Shown here one piece after another: positions 38,362 to 46,813 of a stretch of DNA of 64,000 nucleotides (positions are counted from its first letter, which is position 1; each line of letters begins with the position of its first letter). Source of the DNA: an uncultured Pseudomonadales bacterium (GTDB lineage Bacteria > Patescibacteriota > Microgenomatia > UBA1400 > UBA1396); assembly GCA_964511175.1 (NCBI GenBank), contig CAZEEI010000002.1:2063-66062 (forward strand), read 5' to 3'. The position numbers and the translations under genes are program-made. Under the pieces are notes generated by a model. The model saw nothing but the letters and a program-made list of their open reading frames with translations. It did not search any database and had not been told where the DNA came from.

Positions 38362-39033
38362 TTAACTAAGGCGCAAATGGAGGATAGTTTTTAGAGCGGT
38401 AATGCCATCGCGCCAAGTAATTTTTTTGCCCTCATTAAAATCTCGACCAACGTAAGTGATAGGGACTTCAAAGATGTGTTTTCCTTGTCTGAGCAATTTG
38501 CAGGTAATCTCCGGTTCCAATTCGAAAGAGTTAGCAATTAAGTTCAGCTCGCGCAACAAGGCGGTTGGCGCCACTTTATAACAAGTTTCCATATCGGTGA
38601 GAGTGGTGTTATACAAAACATTGACGGCAAAGTTAAGAAAATCGTTACCCTTGCGGTGCCAATAAAGTAAATTGCGGTGTGGTCCCAGAAAGCGCGATCC
38701 ATATACAATTTCGGCGTAGCCCTTTTTGATTGGATCGAGCAGTAGGGGGATGTCACTAGGATTGTATTCAAGATCGGCATCTTGGATCAAAACGTAATCG
38801 CCAATGGCCTTGGCCAATCCTAGTCGTACCGCACTGCCTTTACCACCGTTCTTCTTGCGCAGAAGGTGTACCTTATGATGTTTACAGGTTTGCAGGATGC
38901 GCCAGGTTCGATCGGTGGAACCGTCATCCACAACGATAATTTCGTGGACACTGTGTTGGCCAACCAAGCGCTCCAGCAGTATCTTAACCGTTTTTTCTTC
39001 GTTATAAACCGGGACAATAACCGAAAGTTTCAT
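38362..39033 (-). CDS. GT2 glycosyltransferase (Dpm1/polyprenol-phosphate family-like, soluble)
   Basis: LSVIVPVYNEEKTV...IIVVDDGSTDRT...DADLEYNP motifs. Confidence 0.85.
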   Translation of the reverse strand: MKLSVIVPVYNEEKTVKILLERLVGQHSVHEIIVVDDGSTDRTWRILQTCKHHKVHLLRKKNGGKGSAVRLGLAKAIGDYVLIQDADLEYNPSDIPLLLDPIKKGYAEIVYGSRFLGPHRNLLYWHRKGNDFLNFAVNVLYNTTLTDMETCYKVAPTALLRELNLIANSFELEPEITCKLLRQGKHIFEVPITYVGRDFNEGKKITWRDGITALKTILHLRLS

Positions 39034-39063
39034 ATACTCGATTCGAGTGTATCATTCCCGGAT

Positions 39064-39675
39064 CTACTGTTCACGGGCGAAAGTTAAAGCGACTACCTTA
39101 GTGGCGCCCTGAGCGAGCAATGCCTGGCGACAGGCGTTAAGGGTAGAACCAGTAGTCACCACATCATCAACCAGACAAATTTTAGTGTGGTACAGCGGTC
39201 GGGTGGCTTGAAAAGAATGCTGAATGGCGGCGCGCTGCTGGCGGTCTTGGCCGGCCTGGGCTTTAGCGTATACCGTGCGTCGCAATAAGCTGGGATCATA
39301 CTCCGCCCGCCAGCAGCGCGCCAACTCCCGCGCCACCAGTTCGGCTTGATTAAAACCCCGCCATTTGCGTTTTTTAGGATGTAGGGGAACTGGTAAGAAA
39401 ATCGGTTTGCCCTGCCGCCGCCAAAAATCGGGAAAACGCAAAACAATTAGTTGAGCGATTGTTCTGGCGTAGCGATAGCAGCGGCCATATTTAACTAACT
39501 TAACTAAGTCTTGGGCGCTGTCGCGGTACTCCACGGCACTGTAAATCCAATGATCCAAAGGTGGGTGATAGTTCCAAGTTAAGTCATTAAGGTGGTTGAT
39601 GCACAAATAACGTCCAAGCCGGTCGCACGCGGCGCAGCTGGGTGGAAAAATCAGGTCGAACAAATTGATTCGCAT
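39064..39675 (-). CDS. comFC: ComF family protein (phosphoribosyltransferase domain, competence-associated)
   Basis: N-terminal Cys cluster (CAACDRLGRYLC) and the PRTase motif ICLVDDVVTTGSTLNA. Confidence 0.8.
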   Translation of the reverse strand: MRINLFDLIFPPSCAACDRLGRYLCINHLNDLTWNYHPPLDHWIYSAVEYRDSAQDLVKLVKYGRCYRYARTIAQLIVLRFPDFWRRQGKPIFLPVPLHPKKRKWRGFNQAELVARELARCWRAEYDPSLLRRTVYAKAQAGQDRQQRAAIQHSFQATRPLYHTKICLVDDVVTTGSTLNACRQALLAQGATKVVALTFAREQ

Positions 39676-39726
39676 TAGTTTAACGATAGGGCTAAATAGG
39701 GACGTAAATGTTACAATAAGGGTCTG

Positions 39727-39816
39727 GGAAGGGTGCCGGAGTGGACGATCGGGCTTGTCTTGAAAACAAGTGCGGGTGCAAGCTCGCCCAGGGTTCGAAT
39801 CCCTGCCCTTCCGCCA
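39727..39816 (+). tRNA. tRNA-Ser (anticodon TGA), long variable arm, CCA encoded
   Basis: Cloverleaf folded by hand: acceptor GGAAGGG/CCCTTCC, anticodon stem CTTGT/ACAAG with loop CTTGAAA, a long variable arm, T-loop GGTTCGAATCC, and a terminal GCCA. Confidence 0.85.
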
Positions 39817-39918
39817 TTTCGAAATTCAGCAAAATTAGGTATGAGGTTTTGTGTTATGTGATCGTGCTGACTTGCTCCAAAAACGAGTTATTGAGTTTGA
39901 TATACGGTTGCAACCATT

Positions 39919-40293
39919 ATGTTACAATCTACGGATATGACCAATGTTGATAAGAGTCCAGAAATGCGAAGAATCATAGCTGAGGGGCAGAGTTTTCTCC
40001 CTCGAATCAAGGCACAATTGTCTAATTTGTCTTATATCCAGGGTGTACAGTGGAGCAATGGCGGCAGAGATTCGCATTCTTTTTCAATAAGTATCGATCC
40101 ATCTGTACTGAAAGACAGAAAACCTTCTGAGATTAGAAGTGAAATTCAAGCTTCTTGGTCCGACATAGGTGATTGGAGTTTTGGTAGAGTGCAAGGCATA
40201 CCATATAGAGATCCCCAACTAGGCACAGTGATCTTATTCGAACTTAATGTCACACTTTCAAATAGTAATGGTGGCTCAGATTTCATTGGTTGA
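39919..40293 (+). CDS. Hypothetical protein (124 aa) in AT-rich DNA just 3' of tRNA-Ser
   Basis: ORF only; no recognisable motifs; low GC. Confidence 0.3.
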   Translation: MLQSTDMTNVDKSPEMRRIIAEGQSFLPRIKAQLSNLSYIQGVQWSNGGRDSHSFSISIDPSVLKDRKPSEIRSEIQASWSDIGDWSFGRVQGIPYRDPQLGTVILFELNVTLSNSNGGSDFIG

Positions 40294-40432
40294 GCTTCTC
40301 TTGTTGAAATCTAAGAAGTTATTGTGGTTGCTTCTTACCAGTGAAGGACGGAGTTGGTCTACTGGAGACACGATTCTGGAAAAGACAATTATAAGGCCGC
40401 ACAAATTCCAGGCCCAGGTGCTCCGCTCTAAA

Positions 40433-41428
40433 TCATCGGATTGTATTACCCTTACCCAGTAGTGTTATTAATTGATTCCTATCATATGGTGGATGACCAT
40501 AAGCAAAGACATCCATGAGAGCCGGACTGTCGCTGGGAGAGTAACCGGCAAAGTTTTCAACTATTCTAATTAGGTCATAAAGAACGTGATCGATTTTAGT
40601 TAAACTCCATCCCTGCTGCCTGAGCCAGTCAACCAATATTTCCGCCGCTTGACGTCTTTGGTTTTGGTGATCAAAAACACGTCCCGCCGTTGTCGCAATT
40701 GCTGGTTTATTAGGGATTAATCGTTCGAAAAAGTGAGCTAAAACTAATATTTCTACGCCGCGTGCCAGGTGCTCACGGTGGAAAATTACTCGACGATTGG
40801 CGGGGGTAGATGGTAAATAATGTTCTGCATAGTCAAGCCAGCCATAACGGGTAGCTATTGTTTGAGTACTAAGGCCCATCTGTTGCAAAAACGAATCAAT
40901 TTTGTGAGTTAGCTCATGAGCGGCTGTGGCTGTCAAAACAATATCCAACAATTGAGTGCTGTTGAGATGTTGTTTAGACGCGCGCAAAAACTGCTGTAAA
41001 AAGTACAAGTATTTTTTAATGTATGTTTCGCTAAGGGAATAAGCCTGCGCTGTATTAAGGGCAAAAGACAGACCAGTTTCGAGAGTTATTTGTGATGCGG
41101 GGTTTTGCCGCACGACATCAGCTACTACTAATTGATTAATATAGACAAGTTTAACCAAAAGATGTGCTGCCTGGTGATAAGTAGTGCGAGCACGTGAGAG
41201 GATATTTTCTGAATCCGGCAGAGTTAAATTCTGATAGGGGCGATGATTTTTAGGAGATAAAGCCAATTGTTGCCAGATTTGTTTAATTTCGGCTTGATTA
41301 AGCCAGGGTTGATCATTACTAAAGTCGAGCCAATTGTTTTTAACGCAAAGAAATAAAAAATGATAGAGCGAACAATCTCGAAGAGAGGCGGCAACATTTT
41401 CCGGCCTAAGTCGTTCTCTCTTTGACAT
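40433..41428 (-). CDS. Hypothetical protein with HExxH zinc-metallopeptidase-like motif
   Basis: 331 aa with AAHELTHKID in the middle of the protein and no TM helices. Family not recognised. Confidence 0.45.
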   Translation of the reverse strand: MSKRERLRPENVAASLRDCSLYHFLFLCVKNNWLDFSNDQPWLNQAEIKQIWQQLALSPKNHRPYQNLTLPDSENILSRARTTYHQAAHLLVKLVYINQLVVADVVRQNPASQITLETGLSFALNTAQAYSLSETYIKKYLYFLQQFLRASKQHLNSTQLLDIVLTATAAHELTHKIDSFLQQMGLSTQTIATRYGWLDYAEHYLPSTPANRRVIFHREHLARGVEILVLAHFFERLIPNKPAIATTAGRVFDHQNQRRQAAEILVDWLRQQGWSLTKIDHVLYDLIRIVENFAGYSPSDSPALMDVFAYGHPPYDRNQLITLLGKGNTIR

Positions 41429-41500
41429 ATTTTGATATTATACGATAAGTTACAGCGGTTAATTGACAGTCATTCCGCTGTCATACTACAATGAACCTCT

Positions 41501-42262
41501 ATGGAGCATTCTTCCTTTCACACCCTCAAAATTACGATTGCCGGTTTGTTTTTGCTGGCTGCCGGACTAACCGCTGCCTACTTTTTCCCCTGGCAGCAAA
41601 TCAAGTGGGGTCAGTTAGAATTGGCTCCCAGCCGGCTGATTACTGTTACAGGTAATGCTACCGAGCGGCAGCAAAACCAAGTAGCCCAATTTTCAGCTGG
41701 TGTTTCAGCGGTAAACGACGATAAAAATAATGCCTTGGAGCAAGTAAACCAAGCCATGGATAAGCTGGTAGCGGAAATTAAAGAGTTTGGTATTGAGACG
41801 AGTGATATTAAGACCGAAAACGTTAGCGTCTACCAAGGCGAAGAAACCTATTACGAGGATGGCCAACCCAAACAGCGCCCCGGTCAGTGGCGGGTGAATA
41901 ATTCAGTAACGGTGATTTTGCGCAACATCGACCGGGCTTCAGTTTTGACGCAGTTGCTAACCAAGAGTGGAGCGACCAATGTTTACGGTCCCAGTTTTAG
42001 GTTGGATACCGACAGTCAGCCGGGAGACGCTTTGCTGGCGGATGCCATCGACAACGCTCGCAAGAAGGCTGAAGCGATGGCTACAGCCAGCGGCGGTAAG
42101 TTGGGCAAGGTTATTAGTGTGACCGAAGGCAGTGCTGCCAGCCAAGTCTATCCTTTAGCTATGGCTGATGGTCGCGGCGGTGGCGGTGGCGAAGCCATTG
42201 AACCAGGCGCCTCCACGGTGAGCAAGCAGGTAACAGTGGCCTTTGAATTGGTCACTGATTAG
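41501..42262 (+). CDS. SIMPL domain (DUF541) protein, secreted/periplasmic
   Basis: N-terminal TM/signal then ITVTGNATERQQNQVAQFSAGVSAV...DIKTENVSVYQ, typical of the SIMPL/26-kDa periplasmic immunogenic protein family. Glycine-rich tail. Confidence 0.7.
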   Translation: MEHSSFHTLKITIAGLFLLAAGLTAAYFFPWQQIKWGQLELAPSRLITVTGNATERQQNQVAQFSAGVSAVNDDKNNALEQVNQAMDKLVAEIKEFGIETSDIKTENVSVYQGEETYYEDGQPKQRPGQWRVNNSVTVILRNIDRASVLTQLLTKSGATNVYGPSFRLDTDSQPGDALLADAIDNARKKAEAMATASGGKLGKVISVTEGSAASQVYPLAMADGRGGGGGEAIEPGASTVSKQVTVAFELVTD

Positions 42263-42273
42263 TTATACCAACT

Positions 42274-43071
42274 CTATTTAAGTAGGTATCCGCCGTCGAC
42301 CACAACCTGCGATCCGGTCATGTATGACGACATTTCTGAAGCCAAAAACAGCACCGCCTTGCCAATGTCGTCAGGCACGCCCATGCGACCCATCGGTACT
42401 TCCATTTTCGGTGGATCCGGATTCCGCTCGGTGAGTTCTTTTCCCTGCGACTGCATCACCGCGACTCCCGGTGTCATTACGCCGCCTGGCGCAATGGCAT
42501 TGACCCAAATGTTGTCTTTAGCCAGTTCTAACGCCACATTTTTAGTAAACCCCCAAACGCCATGTTTGGAAGCATCATAATGGGCCAGACCAGCTGTGGA
42601 GGGATGCAAGGCGTCAATAGAGGTGATGTTAATGATCTTGCCGCCCTTACCCTGCGCCTTCATTTGTGCCGAAACATACTTAACGGTGAGGAATACACCC
42701 CTGAGATTGACGGCAATAACTTTATCGAATAAATCAGTGGTCATTTCGGCGAGCGTGCTGAATGGGTAGATGCCGGCATTGTTGACCAGTATGTTAATTG
42801 AGCCGAAAGCCGCGACAGTTTGTCCAACCAGATTTTTTACGTCCTCTTCCTGGGAAACATCGGCTTTGACCGACTGAGCCTTAAATCCTTGGGCCACCAA
42901 TTCACCAACCGCTTTTTTTCCCTCTTCATCATTGCGGTTGGCGATCATTACTTGTGCGCCTGCTTCGGCCAGACGGTAACTGATGCCATACCCAATGCCC
43001 AGCGATCCGCCGGTGACAATGGCAGTCTTGCCCGTTAGATCAGTGAGTTGGTTGCGCGGGGTAAGATCCAT
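42274..43071 (-). CDS. Short-chain dehydrogenase/reductase (SDR family)
   Basis: GKTAIVTGGSLGIGYGI Rossmann motif, NNAG, and the catalytic YDASKHGV (YxxxK). Confidence 0.9.
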   Translation of the reverse strand: MDLTPRNQLTDLTGKTAIVTGGSLGIGYGISYRLAEAGAQVMIANRNDEEGKKAVGELVAQGFKAQSVKADVSQEEDVKNLVGQTVAAFGSINILVNNAGIYPFSTLAEMTTDLFDKVIAVNLRGVFLTVKYVSAQMKAQGKGGKIINITSIDALHPSTAGLAHYDASKHGVWGFTKNVALELAKDNIWVNAIAPGGVMTPGVAVMQSQGKELTERNPDPPKMEVPMGRMGVPDDIGKAVLFLASEMSSYMTGSQVVVDGGYLLK

Positions 43072-43219
43072 AAAATTTATCCTTGAATAAATAGTTGATA
43101 ACTAACTTAATTGTATAAAAAAAGGAGGCTGAATTGCAAGTTTAATGATTTAATTTATAATACACTTTACCCATATGAGAAATAATACATTAGAATAATT
43201 AACTCAACGTCTTGCCGCT

Positions 43220-43867
43220 ATGTCTCGGAAAGAAAGTGAAAGAACAGATTTTGTTGAGGGGACAATTGAGGATGTAAGACGATGGCTACAAAAATCGCTG
43301 GGTATTTCCCACCAAGAGCTAGTTTTTAGAAAGGCAGGCCAGGATAGAAGAATCGATTACCAATATCCCTCTGACTACGGGCCGATTCGCGACACACTTT
43401 ATTATGACGGAAGAGCAGTCTTTTTAAGATCTAGGACTACTGGACAAACGCAACAAATTCTGGCAATTTATCCTAATTTTCCTGAACAGAGTGGAAGAAT
43501 TACATTTGAAACTTTAGAGGAATTTACAACTTGGAAAGCACAAAGAGAGAATGCTTTTAGAATAGACTCCACTCAACTTCCTAATAATCCTCAAAGAATC
43601 ATTGAGCAACTATCGGAAATTCCAGTATTGATCGGAGACAAGACTGAAATCGAACAAATGCTAAGTAATGCCACTGGTGGAAAAAGTGATGATTTAACAT
43701 TAGGGGAAAAAGTAGAATATGGAGATTACGGGGGAAATTCGAGAGCAGTGGAAGAACATTTCATGGAAATAAGTTTAGATGGTTTAACTTTATTAAAAAT
43801 AAAAAAAGACTTGAACGGAAACTATACCCTGGATATTGCAGAACTAATTGCGGTGCTTCCGCGTTAG
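43220..43867 (+). CDS. Hypothetical protein (215 aa), AT-rich
   Basis: ORF with an AT-rich upstream region; no known motif. Confidence 0.4.
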   Translation: MSRKESERTDFVEGTIEDVRRWLQKSLGISHQELVFRKAGQDRRIDYQYPSDYGPIRDTLYYDGRAVFLRSRTTGQTQQILAIYPNFPEQSGRITFETLEEFTTWKAQRENAFRIDSTQLPNNPQRIIEQLSEIPVLIGDKTEIEQMLSNATGGKSDDLTLGEKVEYGDYGGNSRAVEEHFMEISLDGLTLLKIKKDLNGNYTLDIAELIAVLPR

Positions 43868-43939
43868 TCTTAACTAACAGAAAAATACCCAAGTGTGTAA
43901 ATTAAAAGAACCTAGTATCTTCGCCGACTAACTGGGAAG

Positions 43940-44341
43940 CTACGGCCAGTTTTTAACTTCGGCTTTGTCTATAGCTATCGCACACCTATTTTCAGCACAG
44001 CGACACGCAAACTTTTCGGTTTTATACCTAGACTGATACTTAGAACAATCACAATCAGCATCTTTTTGGCAAACAACGTTGTAACTAGTTCCTTCTGAAA
44101 GAGGACAAACAACGCGGCATTCACTATCAATTACCGCACTGCTAAAAGGACAGCTGGAACGCATTAAATATTCACCCGGAGGCGGAGGACAAGCCAAAGC
44201 TGAAGGCGTCGGCGTGGTACTAACGCTAGTTTTTTCTACCGAATTGTTAAGTAAATTGAAAAACTGATAATTGCTTAGCCACCAAATCACTAGGATCACA
44301 ACAATAAGAGATAGCACAATTAGAGTTGGGTTTTTTGACAT
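43940..44341 (-). CDS. Small membrane-anchored cysteine-rich protein (133 aa)
   Basis: N-terminal TM anchor (LIVLSLIVVILVIWWL), a PTPS linker, then about ten cysteines in CP/C.C spacing. Confidence 0.5.
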   Translation of the reverse strand: MSKNPTLIVLSLIVVILVIWWLSNYQFFNLLNNSVEKTSVSTTPTPSALACPPPPGEYLMRSSCPFSSAVIDSECRVVCPLSEGTSYNVVCQKDADCDCSKYQSRYKTEKFACRCAENRCAIAIDKAEVKNWP

Positions 44342-44346
44342 TCTGT

Positions 44347-45114
44347 TTATTTTAAGCCAAAATACTCAATCGCTTGAGTTAGTGTGGGAGGGTAGCCCAT
44401 GAAGGCCACCTCATTTCTTTTTAGAGATCTTTCCTCTTTTTGCACCATTAGCATAATAGCTTGCCAAAAGGCATTTCGTAAATTCTCTGAGTTAGATGTG
44501 CTTCTAATAAGTTTAAGTACTTTTTGACGTCTTTCTTTTAGACCTCCTCCTATAGATAGTTCAAACAAGCGATAAATGGGTCGCAAGTTCTCATAGATAT
44601 AGGAGTAATTAGCAGAATAAAACTCGGCAATATCATAGGATGTTTGATTTTTGGGAAATTTTGCTAACAAATTCATGCCAGCTCTAACCAAACTTTCCAA
44701 GGATTCATTGGAGACATCGAAGACCAGATCCTCTCCTTTTTGTTGGAATAAAGACCTATATGTCTTATCTTTAAAAAAACCTGGTGTTAAAGATTGAAGA
44801 CGTTTAATAAAATTTGTGCGGGCAATTTGTTTAAAAGGTAGTGGTCTAGATTTTTTCTCTAAAATATCCAGTAGACTATCGGGAATTTTTGTCGGATCAA
44901 TAAAAAAATTAATATCTATATCGGAATTTTCCCGAGAAGTTCCTTTTACTTGTGAACCTAAGGCCGTTGCGCCAACAAAAGTTTCATCTAACTGTTTCAA
45001 TTTCTGGACCAATAGCTCAAGAGTTAGAAGTCTTTTTCTTCCAATCTCATTAAGACGAAACCTGATTCTTGGATTATCACCAACGCTTCGTTCTGGATTT
45101 CCAGTTACAATCAT
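44347..45114 (-). CDS. Nucleotidyltransferase-domain protein (Pol-beta superfamily, GS-x-SDID motif; MNT/SMODS-like)
   Basis: GATALGSQVKGTSRENSDIDINFFID is the hG[GS]...[DE]hD signature of Pol-beta-fold nucleotidyltransferases. 255 aa, AT-rich, directly 3' of tRNA-Gln. Confidence 0.55.
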   Translation of the reverse strand: MIVTGNPERSVGDNPRIRFRLNEIGRKRLLTLELLVQKLKQLDETFVGATALGSQVKGTSRENSDIDINFFIDPTKIPDSLLDILEKKSRPLPFKQIARTNFIKRLQSLTPGFFKDKTYRSLFQQKGEDLVFDVSNESLESLVRAGMNLLAKFPKNQTSYDIAEFYSANYSYIYENLRPIYRLFELSIGGGLKERRQKVLKLIRSTSNSENLRNAFWQAIMLMVQKEERSLKRNEVAFMGYPPTLTQAIEYFGLK

Positions 45115-45139
45115 ATTTCACATTGTAAATCAAAATTTG

Positions 45140-45210
45140 TTGCCGGGCTAGGATTCGAACCTAGAATAAAGGCTTCAAAGGCCTCTGTGATGCCATTTCA
45201 CTACCCGGCA
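45140..45210 (-). tRNA. tRNA-Gln (anticodon TTG)
   Basis: Folded by hand on the minus strand: acceptor UGCCGGG/CCCGGCA (U1:A72, as in E. coli tRNA-Gln), D-stem GTGA/TCAC, anticodon loop CTTTGAA, and T-arm CTAGG-TTCGAAT-CCTAG. CCA not encoded. Confidence 0.75.
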
Positions 45211-45256
45211 AATCAGGTGTTTATTATAACAGAAATGTTACAATACAGCTCGACGC

Positions 45257-45329
45257 GCCGATGTAGCTCAGTTGGTAGAGCGGCGGTATCGTAAACCGCA
45301 GGTCGTGGGTCCGATTCCCACCGTCGGCT
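45257..45329 (+). tRNA. tRNA-Thr (anticodon CGT)
   Basis: Acceptor GCCGATG/CGTCGGC, D-arm GCTC-AGTTGGTA-GAGC, anticodon stem GCGGT/ACCGC with loop ATCGTAA, and T-arm GTGGG-TCCGATT-CCCAC. Confidence 0.85.
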
Positions 45330-46012
45330 CAGTGCTTCTTTTGCCTTCGTAATTGAGCCGCATCGCGCAGGCGTTTTAAAAGAAGATCAATTGTTTTCGG
45401 TGGAACGTCTCGATCAATTGCTGCCCGGACCCTGGTTCCCAGAGCGTAATACTCAGCATCCGCAGCATCGTAATCGACAAGATGGGCCGTTCCTGCATCT
45501 GCGGAATAACCATCTAAATCTGGCCATTGTTGATCCTTAATAATATGATCCATTTCTTCCCTCCCACCATCACGAAAAGTGTCTTCAATTGACCCTGTCC
45601 AAAATTTTTCATCGTACGCTGTTGATAAGTCGAGAGTATCCGTAGGGTCATATCCGGCAAACTCTTTAAGTATCTGGTTATTAAGATTAATTGCATAATA
45701 TTTTGGTTGCCGGCTCACCTCTGCATACCAGTATGCTTCGTCTTTACCGTCAGGCACTGGCAAGATTATTAGTTGGGGAAAAATGAAGTCATTCGGAATT
45801 TTCTTCTGACGTTTCTTTAGATGATAAGCATCGGCCATTCCCTGAACAAAGCAGTTGATTAGATGTGTAGCAGCATCTATTTCTGAGGTAGGGAAGTTTT
45901 GTTGCCGCAAAACGCTTTCCCAGTTTTTACTCATTAGGTTTAGTAAATCCTGTTCAGGGGAATTAATCAGAATTTCGGTAGTCCGAACACGATCGTCCGA
46001 TCCTCTTGGCAT
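45329..46012 (-). CDS. Hypothetical protein (227 aa) abutting tRNA-Thr
   Basis: ORF only, acidic, no recognisable domain. Confidence 0.4.
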   Translation of the reverse strand: MPRGSDDRVRTTEILINSPEQDLLNLMSKNWESVLRQQNFPTSEIDAATHLINCFVQGMADAYHLKKRQKKIPNDFIFPQLIILPVPDGKDEAYWYAEVSRQPKYYAINLNNQILKEFAGYDPTDTLDLSTAYDEKFWTGSIEDTFRDGGREEMDHIIKDQQWPDLDGYSADAGTAHLVDYDAADAEYYALGTRVRAAIDRDVPPKTIDLLLKRLRDAAQLRRQKKH

Positions 46013-46057
46013 AGTATTCCCATAATACCTTATCCGAGATTCAAGAGCAGTGGCTGA

Positions 46058-46588
46058 CTACTTAAGTATCGCTGCTGCAGCAGTATCGTCACCCTTGGTT
46101 CGTCCGGGTTGAGTTGTACCAACCGGGCCAGTGGCTTCCGTGTAATCCACATCAACTGCCGTCATGGCTGCGGTGCGGACCGGCACTTTGGGAATAACCA
46201 ATTCTTGGCCAGCCGTGAGCATTTGGTCGTGAGCCAGACCATTTTCCTTTTCAATATCGACGTAGTTAAAGCCGGATCCATAGAAGGAAAGGGCAATATT
46301 CCAAGTAGAGTCGCCTGTTTTAACAGCATATTTGCTGGGAAGACCAGCCGGCACGTCTTGTCCTTTATCATTTTTTTCGAGCGTAACCGTGGCGGGCAAT
46401 TCCTCAGTGAGAATCGGTTCGGGCGTAACGTTAGCGGCCACTTCTGTTCCCGCGTTTTTACTTTGTCGCCAATCCTTGATGTAGGAAAAGAGTAAGGCCC
46501 CAATTACCACGACCACCATGGCGCCGAGAATCATTGAAATAATGGACTCACTATCACTAGCGACGGTTACAACTGGCTTTTTCGCCAT
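46058..46588 (-). CDS. LysM domain membrane-anchored protein
   Basis: TM anchor then a C-terminal LysM (YAVKTGDSTWNIALSFYGSGFNYVDIEKENGL...LTAGQELVIP). The start is assigned at MAKKPVVTV (46588), which has an AAAGGAG ribosome-binding site. Confidence 0.7.
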   Translation of the reverse strand: MAKKPVVTVASDSESIISMILGAMVVVVIGALLFSYIKDWRQSKNAGTEVAANVTPEPILTEELPATVTLEKNDKGQDVPAGLPSKYAVKTGDSTWNIALSFYGSGFNYVDIEKENGLAHDQMLTAGQELVIPKVPVRTAAMTAVDVDYTEATGPVGTTQPGRTKGDDTAAAAILK

Positions 46589-46704
46589 AACATACTCCTT
46601 TAGGGCAGACACTTCCAGGCGTTTGATCTGGTTTGATAATACCCTATAGGAAAAAATTAAGCATGGCAAGAGGGAATTATGGGGTATAATAAAGACCGTA
46701 ACTT

Positions 46705-46778
46705 GGTCGCGTGGTGTAGCTGGTTAACACACCTCTCTGTCACAGAGGAGACCGCCGGTTCGAATCCGGTCGCGGCCG
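46705..46778 (+). tRNA. tRNA-Asp (anticodon GTC)
   Basis: Acceptor GGTCGCG/CGCGGCC, anticodon stem CCTCT/AGAGG with loop CTGTCAC, and T-arm GCCGG-TTCGAAT-CCGGT. A TATAAT lies about 15 nt upstream (46685-46690). Confidence 0.85.
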
Positions 46779-46813
46779 CTTAGTGCATGGTTCCTTAGTG
46801 GAAAAGATTTAGG

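Noticed and set aside
39680-39726. Possible att site or integrase remnant upstream of tRNA-Ser
   Set aside because: It contains only a plausible promoter (TACAAT). No repeat of the tRNA 3' end was seen nearby by eye.
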